From contig JAHEAD010000015.1 in the NCBI GenBank assembly GCA_019721075.1, positions 1-46,138 on the forward strand: 46,138 nucleotides of DNA, read 5' to 3'. The DNA is from Candidatus Sysuiplasma jiujiangense. GTDB lineage: Archaea > Thermoplasmatota > Thermoplasmata > Sysuiplasmatales > Sysuiplasmataceae. Below, piece after piece: positions 38,829-46,138 of the stretch. Below the pieces are notes generated by a model. It had not been told where the DNA came from and searched no databases. It saw nothing but the letters and a program-made list of their open reading frames with translations. The first letter of the stretch is position 1, and the number at the start of each line of letters is the position of its first letter. A program made the translations under genes and the position numbers.

Positions 38829-39684
38829 TTGTTATCCACCTCTTCAGGCCCAGGAGCGCGTAGGGTATCACGACAACTGCCGCCAGAATAACCAGCACTA
38901 CGCTCGCAGCAGATGAATCGGCGAAAAACTCGGTAATGTAGTAGAAGTACATACTGAGGACAGCCGTTTCGGTAAAGGGATTCAGACCGGTCGATACAAA
39001 GGGAAGTGAAAATATTCTGAGTGCAAACAGGAAAAGCAGTGCTGTTGAAACAATGAATGCATTCTTCGATTCAGGAAGCAGTATTTTCGTAAGGATCCTG
39101 ATCGTTGAGGCACCGTCTATCCTGGCGGATTCGATTACCTCCTTAGTGACATTCTGGAATGATGCAAGATAGAATATCACAGCAAGCCCGGAGAATACCC
39201 AGATGGATACGAGGATGAGACTTGGAAGTGCGGAGGCAGGCCTGTCGAGCCATGTGTACTGCGGCAAACCCAGAGCCCGGAAAATTGTGTTTATGCCTGT
39301 CCTTGTATTGTACAGCCATGTCCATATCACAGCGGATGCGGCCAGGGAAATGGCAAGCGGGTAAATGAAAATAGTGGTGAATATCAGCCTTATTTTGCTG
39401 CTTCCGACATTATATATCAGTGTTGCAAAAAATATTCCGAAAATATTGCCAAACAGTATGAGAGAAGCGGACCATATGAGAGAGCTCCTCAGCGGATTGG
39501 TGAATGCCGTGTCTCTGAAAATTGAAGTGTAAGTCTGGAAGCCCACAAAAGTGGCGACCGGATGAAACGAAGAGGAGTTTGTGAAGGACGTATATACATT
39601 CCAGCCGACAAGATACAGGAGGACAACGGAGAATATTCCTGTTGGAATGAAGAAAAGGAAACTGGTTCGTTTTAAAAGCACCAT
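38821..39684 (-). CDS. Carbohydrate ABC transporter permease (GlcT-like)
   Basis: Six TM helices and ESARIDGA loop. Overlaps the next permease gene. Confidence 0.93.
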   Translation of the reverse strand: MVLLKRTSFLFFIPTGIFSVVLLYLVGWNVYTSFTNSSSFHPVATFVGFQTYTSIFRDTAFTNPLRSSLIWSASLILFGNIFGIFFATLIYNVGSSKIRLIFTTIFIYPLAISLAASAVIWTWLYNTRTGINTIFRALGLPQYTWLDRPASALPSLILVSIWVFSGLAVIFYLASFQNVTKEVIESARIDGASTIRILTKILLPESKNAFIVSTALLFLFALRIFSLPFVSTGLNPFTETAVLSMYFYYITEFFADSSAASVVLVILAAVVVIPYALLGLKRWITND

Positions 39685-40337
39685 ACTGCATTGCCCCCCG
39701 TCTGAAACTGCAATATACGCAACTATTCCATCTCTTTCATTTTTATGGTTCTGTCATTCCTGTTTTACACTTCAGTCCGAAACGCTTTACCTTAAATAAC
39801 ATTAACTATAAATCATGATAGATGCCCGCTGCAGTCCAGCGCGACGACCAGGAGTCAGGTGGAAGGATCTGGAATGAACTGAACTCTGGAGTTCGGCCGT
39901 GCGTGTAAGAACAGAACGAGTGAAGGCTGAGCCTGCAGGATTCATCTCGGCAGAAATCCAAAATTGCTGCAGGCGAGACATCAGAAATAAATGCACTCAG
40001 CAGAGTTCTGATCATGTAACTTTTATTTCCAGAAAAAGGCGGCAATTCATTCAAGGCCTGAAGAAATTCAGAAAACGCGGCGGTAAGGGCGGCGAAGCAT
40101 GAAGGGCGTGATTGTTTAGCCGCATCAATCACCGGTTACCCGTCGCCTGAAATGGAAAAAAGAAACCTGCAGAATGTACCAATTGTTTTCCTCCGATCGG
40201 ACTAATACAATATGCATGATACATAAATTAAAAAGCTCGCTCGCGCCAAAGTGCGGCGGGACAGGCAGATGGCGTGGCGATCACAATTTGGACTGTCGCA
40301 CTTTGAGCAACCGTTTATCAGGCAATACCTCAACGGT

Positions 40338-41135
40338 CTATCCCGGTCTGCCCCCTGTTCGCTTTCTTTTCAGAAATACCAGAAAAGCCACTGCAGCAAC
40401 AATCGCAACAGCGCCTGCGATGCCTTCCAGAACAAACTGCGACAGACCGCGCTGAGACGACGAGACGGAGGGACCCAGCGGTACGTTCGTCGCCATTACA
40501 GCACTGCTCTCATTGTTCCATACCTGCCCGTAGTACGTATTCGCTTGTCCGCCAAGCCTAATACCGGAAAATCTGTCAATCGCAAAGGTTGCGTTGAAAT
40601 AAATGGCTGTTCCGTGCAGGAAGACAACCTGATGCAGATGAACGGTGTCTGAGTGAAAAGTGCCGAGAGGCGTTGTGAACAAAGAATTCGCGGAAACTGT
40701 CATAGAGAAGTCTGGACCTTCCATGGCAGATACCCACGGGGGCACCTTTCCAGCGTTGAAATACATCAGCGCCGTCTGATTGACGGCAGGATACAGCGAC
40801 TGCGAGGACAGATTCTCCGAAACTGTCGTGTTAGGAACTCCAGAGCCTGAAGAACCTGATACTGTCACCGTGTAGCTCCCGTTTGCTGTGCTCACCTTCG
40901 ATATATAAAAGGTCTGAACCGTCGTTCCATTGCTGCCGGAGGGAGAGCCCGTGGACTTTACACTGTAACGGACAAACGAACCGTTAAAAAACCAAACAGG
41001 GAACTTCACTTCAGCAGACTGATTTCTGTAAAACAGTGGACTGCCCGTATGCCTGGAAACTGCCGGAACGGTGAACACCACAATTATTGAAATTACGACC
41101 AGCAACAATGCTGCGGCCGGCCTTCCTCCTTGCAT
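40338..41135 (-). CDS. Secreted/surface protein with signal peptide and C-terminal membrane anchor
   Basis: Hydrophobic N-terminus, Ser/Thr/Asn-rich body with sequons, and GIAGAVAIVAAVAFLVFLKRKR tail. Confidence 0.75.
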   Translation of the reverse strand: MQGGRPAAALLLVVISIIVVFTVPAVSRHTGSPLFYRNQSAEVKFPVWFFNGSFVRYSVKSTGSPSGSNGTTVQTFYISKVSTANGSYTVTVSGSSGSGVPNTTVSENLSSQSLYPAVNQTALMYFNAGKVPPWVSAMEGPDFSMTVSANSLFTTPLGTFHSDTVHLHQVVFLHGTAIYFNATFAIDRFSGIRLGGQANTYYGQVWNNESSAVMATNVPLGPSVSSSQRGLSQFVLEGIAGAVAIVAAVAFLVFLKRKRTGGRPG

Positions 41136-41228
41136 TTTTGTCAGGGTAACCTGAGGCGGATAATAGCGACGGATAGAAATATTTTCCGTTTCAGTTTTGT
41201 AGAGCCCAGGCACTTTCAGGCGCAGGAA

Positions 41229-41449
41229 TCATCGGGCAGGCATCGTTACAAGTATCGCAATCGGCATAAGCATGACTGATAGTTGAACTAACCTGGACAC
41301 CGATCTGGCAAATTGACAGTGCAGCTGACCACAAGCCTCTCTGGAACAAGAACGCGGCCGTCATTCCTTTCGTAATATATTGCGCCTGCCTTCCAGAATG
41401 AGTCTTCGTCAGGCACATTGACGGCTAAGGCGTTTGGATACCCAGCCAT
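41229..41449 (-). pseudogene. DUF5808-like small membrane protein, frameshifted
   Basis: AGGTGA RBS, then MAGYPNALAVNVPDEDSFWKAGAIYYERNDGRVLVPERLVVSCTVN (W-x-x-G-x-x-Y...VP-x-R...T-x-N pattern). A frame shift at AATTTGCC continues into a hydrophobic tail. Confidence 0.55.
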
Positions 41450-41459
41450 TGGAATCACC

Positions 41460-42077
41460 TGACATCCTCCCGCGAATAAATTCGTGTGTTCCTGGCTGCA
41501 TTAGAATGCGACCTCCTTTGCGGCCGGCGGTTCACGTTTCTTCGAGACTGCTCACCTTCCCTTCTGGGAGGTGTTGGCAATTCTCTCCACGCGCGTGAAT
41601 TCGGGCATGCCCTGCCCTGCCGTCTGTGGTTACGGCGGAGCCGTTGTATGCGTCGGGATAGGTAAGCGACAGCATTTCATCCTTGAAACGCGGATATCCT
41701 GCAATGTGTCTGAAGAATGATTTGAATGCCCTGTCCAGCCTGTGCAGGCATTCCTGTGCGACATGACTGTAGACTTGACCTATACCGCTGCCGTCGTTAC
41801 TGTGCCACATAGCGAGTGATTTGCACTTTTCAGCATAGACGACTGAAACCCGCCCTGTTTTCCATTCATGCTGTCTCTGCTCCAGCGCATAGTTCCAGAG
41901 GGACCTCAGCTCATCGGGCTGGCGCATGAGCTTACGTTCCTGGTTGCGGAACGGATACAGGCGGTACTTGAAGGGGACATACACCGGAGGCCACATCTGT
42001 TGCATATTCACCTTCCTGTTTAGTTCCGCCGCCCGCTTACCCACGAATAAATTCATGGGCCTGCGCTCGTTTTTTTA
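41460..42077 (-). mobile_element. Internally deleted IS200/IS605 (tnpB-only) element retaining both end hairpins and an omegaRNA-like 3' region
   Basis: Left hairpin CCCATGAATTTATTCGTGGG (42059-42040). Right hairpin CACACGAATTTATTCGCGGG (41488-41469), followed by AGGATGTCA. Candidate TAM TTGAC at 42082-42078. Confidence 0.8.
41532..42005 (-). pseudogene. tnpB: tnpB N-terminal part (HTH/wedge) fused to the element 3' end; RuvC and Zn ribbon deleted
   Basis: FKYRLYP...LWNYAL...VAQECLHRLDRAFKSFF...YPRFK. Near 41630 it jumps to GGGCAGGGCATGCCCGAATTCACGCGCGTGGAGA, typical of the post-RuvC 3' end. Confidence 0.85.
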
Positions 42078-42139
42078 GTCAAACAGAGCACGCAATTTCT
42101 GCAGCCTTACAGCCGGTGCCACAGCTCCGGCCCCTGAAT

Positions 42140-43072
42140 TCAGCGACGGGAATGTTTTCTTCTCATTTCCCGTGTGACCTCTTTCCCCGAAGGAATGCCC
42201 GAAAGTCCCGGCGAACTCACTTTGCGTGAAGCAACTATGTTGCCTGCGTTCAGCGAATCCTCCAGATCCATGCCACCTAAGTGTGCCCACATGAAAGCGC
42301 CGTCGAACGCATCGCCTGCGCCGACTGTATTTTCCAGCCTCCTTGCTTTGACACCGGGAACGCGAACAGACACATTACCGTCAGTTGCATACGCGCCTCT
42401 TTCCCCGGTCTTTACAACTATCAGATTTCCTTTTGCACCGGAGCTGTGCACTGATTTGAACCTGCGCAGGAATCGATGCTCCACTTCGTTGACAAACACG
42501 ATATCCGAGTTCGTCAGGAAGAACCCCGGATCGGGTATTGTGTCAATCAGCGGTCCCGGATCGAACGCCACCGTCACACCCGTTTTCCTGCATTGCTCCA
42601 GAATACTGCGCATCATACCTGCAATCTTTACCGCCTGCGAAATGAAATAACCGTCGAAAAAAATAGCCCTTGTCCCTGGCAGAACTGCCTGCAGTCGCCG
42701 CGACAGCAGCTGGGAATGGACGCCGCTGCCGCCGTATCCGACAAATGTGTGTTCCTTCTTCCTGCTCACGAGCACGGCGCAAATTGCCGTGTGCCGGCCG
42801 GAAGACGAAACTACGCCTCCTGTGCAGACACCTTCCTTCCTCAGCACACTGAGCAGCAGCGATCCTGCAGGATCCTTTCCCAGGAAATCGAAGAGCGCAG
42901 TCCTCAAGCCCATTCTGCTCGCCGTTATCGCGACAGTGCACATTCCGCCGGGCACGAATGACGCACTCCCGGATGAAACGACTTTGTCAGCCTTCAGGGG
43001 AAAGGAATCTATATCGAGGTAAATATCCAGGACTGCATCGCCGATACATAGAAGATCAATGTCTTTTCGCAT
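42140..43072 (-). CDS. PfkB family carbohydrate kinase (ribokinase-like)
   Basis: IGDAVLD, PGG...A..ASRMG, FDPGP, NEVE and NTVGAGDAFDGAF. Confidence 0.92.
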   Translation of the reverse strand: MRKDIDLLCIGDAVLDIYLDIDSFPLKADKVVSSGSASFVPGGMCTVAITASRMGLRTALFDFLGKDPAGSLLLSVLRKEGVCTGGVVSSSGRHTAICAVLVSRKKEHTFVGYGGSGVHSQLLSRRLQAVLPGTRAIFFDGYFISQAVKIAGMMRSILEQCRKTGVTVAFDPGPLIDTIPDPGFFLTNSDIVFVNEVEHRFLRRFKSVHSSGAKGNLIVVKTGERGAYATDGNVSVRVPGVKARRLENTVGAGDAFDGAFMWAHLGGMDLEDSLNAGNIVASRKVSSPGLSGIPSGKEVTREMRRKHSRR

Positions 43073-44060
43073 TTAACAGCACTCTCGCGGTTTTGATAAG
43101 GTCGACATCCGAATTCTTTCCGACTGCACGCACCCAGTCACTGCGTATGCCTCCCAGCCCTGTGTAGGCGCCGGACACTGCGCCTGCTATGGCACCGATG
43201 GTATCACAGTCGCCGCCCAGATTTGCTGAAAGCAGCGCGACGCGGTTGAAATCGAATTCCGCATACGCGCATAATGCAAGCGCTATCGGCACGGCGTCCT
43301 CGGTGAGTGCCTTCCTCTTGCCTTTCATAAAAGCATAGAGATCGGTGAGCAGCTGTTCCTCGCTTCCTGCACCTTCCGCTATCCGGATGGCATGACGTAT
43401 CCTGAGATCCAGTTTGCCGCGATAATCACGGCCGCATTTTGAGCAGCTTGGAAAAGCCGCACCGTCGAGCGCACTCTGTATTATCAGAGCGGTGTCCCTC
43501 TCGCCCTCGATGGCCCTCTTTGTCGCAAGGCAGACTGCTGTTGCACCGGATATTGCAATGCCTGTGCAGTGAGTGGGCATGCAGGCTTTTTCAACATCCG
43601 ACTTGGCCTCTTCGTCCGCACGGCCTGCATTTACAATGGCCACGGGTGAAATTCTCATGGCGCATCCGTTGGTGGTCCCGCCCTGTCCCGATTTTTCGGG
43701 CGACTGCCCGTTCATGAGCTTCGTTATTGCACGACGGGTGCTTGGTCCGATTAGAGTTGTCTGCAGTATGCTGCGCCTTTTGGCCCATGATACAAGCGAC
43801 TTTGCAAATGCATCCGGCGAGACAGCTCCAGTCCTGATTATTGATTCTGCAAGAACCAGAGTAAGCTCCGTGTCGTCTGTAAAGCTTCCGGCAGAGAGAG
43901 CCTCATGGACCCTGGAAGATTTGGGTTCGATGAAACCAGTTACCCTGCCAAATTTCATTAAAATTTCGCGATGGGGAATGAAGGTCGTTGCCGCACCCAG
44001 TGCATCTCCGATGGCAACGCCGGAAAAGGTGCCCGCCGCCCTCTGCTCTGTCTCATTCAA
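43056..44060 (-). CDS. ADP-ribosylglycohydrolase family protein
   Basis: AIGDALG, FTDDTE, GPSTRRA, TNGCAMRISP, PTH and GGDCDTIGAIAGA. Confidence 0.95.
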   Translation of the reverse strand: MNETEQRAAGTFSGVAIGDALGAATTFIPHREILMKFGRVTGFIEPKSSRVHEALSAGSFTDDTELTLVLAESIIRTGAVSPDAFAKSLVSWAKRRSILQTTLIGPSTRRAITKLMNGQSPEKSGQGGTTNGCAMRISPVAIVNAGRADEEAKSDVEKACMPTHCTGIAISGATAVCLATKRAIEGERDTALIIQSALDGAAFPSCSKCGRDYRGKLDLRIRHAIRIAEGAGSEEQLLTDLYAFMKGKRKALTEDAVPIALALCAYAEFDFNRVALLSANLGGDCDTIGAIAGAVSGAYTGLGGIRSDWVRAVGKNSDVDLIKTARVLLNAKRH

Positions 44061-44064
44061 GAGT

Positions 44065-45360
44065 TCAGCCCCACATTCTTACGCTCTGCCCTTCACCGGT
44101 CTCGACGCCATGGAGACGCCATGCGACTGCAGCGGCGAGTCCGAGAGCAAAGATGCCGAGTTCTGCCCAGAGATAGTCGCCAATCGGCAGCTCAGAGGCA
44201 AGGAAGATAACAGGTATGGAACCGCCAAGTGATATTACACGGACTATGCCTGTAAATGTGCCGCGCCCCTTCACCGGCCACACCTCCGATTTCAGCGTGT
44301 CCTCAGTAAGGAAGAATATGTTTATCATTATGTTGAGCACGACAAAGAGGAGCCAGAACACAATCATGTCTACAAGCCATACTTTCTCTGTCACGATGAA
44401 AAGAAATGTCACGACTATCATTCCTATTATGGAATAAGTCAGCATATTCCTCCTGCTCAGCCTGTCGGAAAATATGCCTATGAAACCGCCAAGGAATGCA
44501 GATACACCGGATATGAGTATTATGTAGTCTGTCAGAGAAGGAAAGAAGTATGGGCCGATTGCGAGGACGCCCAGGCTGAAGCCCGCAGTATAGGACCACC
44601 CGATGATGCCTCCAACTGCCAACCTGAACGCTTTCCCGGGATGTTTCCGCTCCCCGGGCTCGGCCTCCTTCGTGAAATGCGTTTCACCTGCCTTCACCGT
44701 CTCGGGACTGCCATCATAGTATTCGGCAAACTCCCTGCCGGCTGTATTTTCTTCACCCGACTTCTCAAGCCACATTACTGATTCAGGGAGCCTTAGTCTG
44801 ATAAGGAAGATAACGAGAGCCACAGCAATTACAGAGATTCCCAGAAGGAGTTTCTGGGAAGAGACGGAAGTAATTGCCACTATTGCAAGCGCCGTAGCGA
44901 CGATACCGCCGACGTTCGTGAAATTCAGTTCGAGATACAGGGCCTTGGATCTGTGTTTTTTTGGAAAAAGTTCGTGGGTGCTGACCAGAATCGTGTTGTA
45001 TTCCCCTCCTGCGGCAAGCAGCAGGATTGCAAGAGCAATCAGAATTTCGACAAAGTCGTATGCAGCAATCAGCACAAGAGCGCCAACGACATAGGTTGAG
45101 AGTGTAACATAGAACGTCTTCTTCCTGCCTATGCGGTCTGCAAGAGGGCCTGCGGCAATACCGCCCACAAGGAGCCAGAGCGGTGACCAGACAGAAATCA
45201 GGGCTATGAGGTATATCGGAAATTTCACCCAGGTTGTGGCGATGTACGGGAGCGAGTAAATGTATGCCTCTAGCAGTGTCCCAACACAAAAGGCAGTGAA
45301 TATCCAGCTGTGAAGCGATGACCATTTCGCATTCTCTACATATGTGGAATAATCTGCCAA
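44065..45360 (-). CDS. MFS transporter
   Basis: GPLADRIGRKK and SDRLSRR motif-A copies, ELFPKKHRS, and about 12 TM helices. Confidence 0.92.
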   Translation of the reverse strand: MADYSTYVENAKWSSLHSWIFTAFCVGTLLEAYIYSLPYIATTWVKFPIYLIALISVWSPLWLLVGGIAAGPLADRIGRKKTFYVTLSTYVVGALVLIAAYDFVEILIALAILLLAAGGEYNTILVSTHELFPKKHRSKALYLELNFTNVGGIVATALAIVAITSVSSQKLLLGISVIAVALVIFLIRLRLPESVMWLEKSGEENTAGREFAEYYDGSPETVKAGETHFTKEAEPGERKHPGKAFRLAVGGIIGWSYTAGFSLGVLAIGPYFFPSLTDYIILISGVSAFLGGFIGIFSDRLSRRNMLTYSIIGMIVVTFLFIVTEKVWLVDMIVFWLLFVVLNIMINIFFLTEDTLKSEVWPVKGRGTFTGIVRVISLGGSIPVIFLASELPIGDYLWAELGIFALGLAAAVAWRLHGVETGEGQSVRMWG

Positions 45361-45600
45361 ATGACCCCATCCGCGGTCATATCAGGCAGTCTATTTCAAA
45401 TTTGGCTTTTGCGTCTTCACACCACTCCCGCTTAAGGCATGGGCGAATCGAAATGCTGGCATCAGACCTGGAATTTTGTTAAACAGTGATGAAACTTTGA
45501 CATATCCCCCTGTTCAGGCAAATATGACGGGCCAATCGCAAAGTTCGACTATGTGTTTGTGTATGAGCCTGGCTGGTTATGGAAAAGGAGTGAAATAAGC

Positions 45601-45937
45601 ATGGATGAAAAACCGAAAGTGGAAATTGATCTTCTGCACGACTATGTCTTCCGTGTTTCGTTCCCTGACGCGGACGGAACGACACTTGTCATGGACGAGC
45701 CGGAACCGCTTGGCAGGCTTGAGGGGCCCAATGCATCGAGGGTGCTCGCTGCTGCAATAGGGAACTGCCTGAGCGCTAGTCTTGCTTTCTGTCTGAGAAA
45801 GAGCAGGATAGACGTCAAGGGCATACATACAGAAGTGACACCGACGCTTGAAAGGAACAAGGAAGGCTACTGGAGAGTCACTAAAATGGATGTGAAGGTC
45901 AGGCCTGCTCTGGATCCGGAAGCTGAAGAAACAAGGG
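45601..45937 (+). pseudogene. OsmC-like protein, 3'-truncated by IS607 insertion
   Basis: MDEPEPLG...GPNASRVLAAAIGNCLSASLAFCLRK. The sequence diverges after EAEETR and lacks the usual second conserved Cys segment. The ORF reads through into IS DNA to 45990. Confidence 0.75.
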
Positions 45938-45986
45938 TAATTAGCAGCAGGAAACTTCAATACCATATGTGCTTATGTAGGATCAA

Positions 45987-46138
45987 ATGAAGTTGGCGGA
46001 TTGGGCGCGGGAACAAGGCATAGATTACAAGACGGCCTATCGTTGGTTCCGTGCAGGGCAATTGCCCGTAAGGTCTGAACAGATGCCAACTGGAACCATT
46101 CCCGTCTATCCCACTCCGAAGAATGAAGGTGGTGTTGC
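45987..46138 (+). mobile_element. tnpA: IS607-family transposase TnpA (serine recombinase) N-terminus, runs off the window; element left end at about 45936
   Basis: MKLADWAREQGIDYKTAYRWFRAGQLPVRSEQMPTGTI, the characteristic IS607 MerR-like HTH. It is absent from the ORF track because it is cut by the window end. Confidence 0.88.

Noticed and set aside
25930..39792. LacI/cre-like palindromes in sugar-cluster intergenic DNA (GAGCGCTTTC at about 25930, GAAACGATTC at about 31796, GAAACGCTTT at about 39780)
   Set aside because: Too short and inconsistent to support a shared operator, and no cognate regulator is encoded in the window.
39790..40330. Short ORFs in the 39.7-40.3 kb intergenic stretch
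   Set aside because: No motif, RBS or consistent frame. The stretch may be a decayed gene, but it cannot be identified.
14338..42056. The two tnpB fragments as halves of one split gene
   Set aside because: The 41.5-42.1 kb element has its own left and right ends and 3' segment, which differ from the sequence downstream of the 14.3-14.8 kb fragment.

Overview
Archaeal window, most consistent with a Thermoplasmatota-type organism (class III signal-peptide pilin, TA0938-like protein, Sulfolobus-type GlcSTUV sugar ABC transporter, AGGTGA/GGAGG ribosome-binding sites); taxonomy is inferred, not checked. 1-17.8 kb is an accessory region. It holds IS3-family relics around an AT-rich GT2 glycosyltransferase gene, a modular tandem-repeat coiled-coil/PD-(D/E)XK protein spanning an assembly gap, and a Zn-finger-fused heme-oxygenase-like (TenA/PqqC/CADD) enzyme coupled to a TA0938-like protein. 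Next come three orphan genes and an intact tyrosine recombinase flanked by hairpin-rich non-coding DNA, then an NRAMP-related (DNDAGG-type) Mg2+ transporter with a candidate proline-rich leader-peptide attenuator. The region ends with a frameshifted REC-PAS-GAF-PAS sensor whose last PAS domain is duplicated on the far side of an IS-relic/SWIM/AbiE island. 18-23.5 kb is mixed housekeeping (M42 peptidase, GyrI-like, peroxiredoxin, DinB, pilin, membrane protein). 23.9-39.7 kb is a large uncharacterised sugar uptake and catabolism cluster. 40-46 kb carries an internally deleted IS200/IS605 element that retains both ends and an omegaRNA-like 3' segment, an MFS-ADP-ribosylglycohydrolase-PfkB operon, and an OsmC gene truncated by an IS607 insertion at the window edge. 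No rRNA, tRNA or CRISPR array was found. The best novel candidate is the MgtL-like leader-peptide attenuator at 11.5-11.7 kb. All product calls come from motif recognition by eye; no database searches were run.
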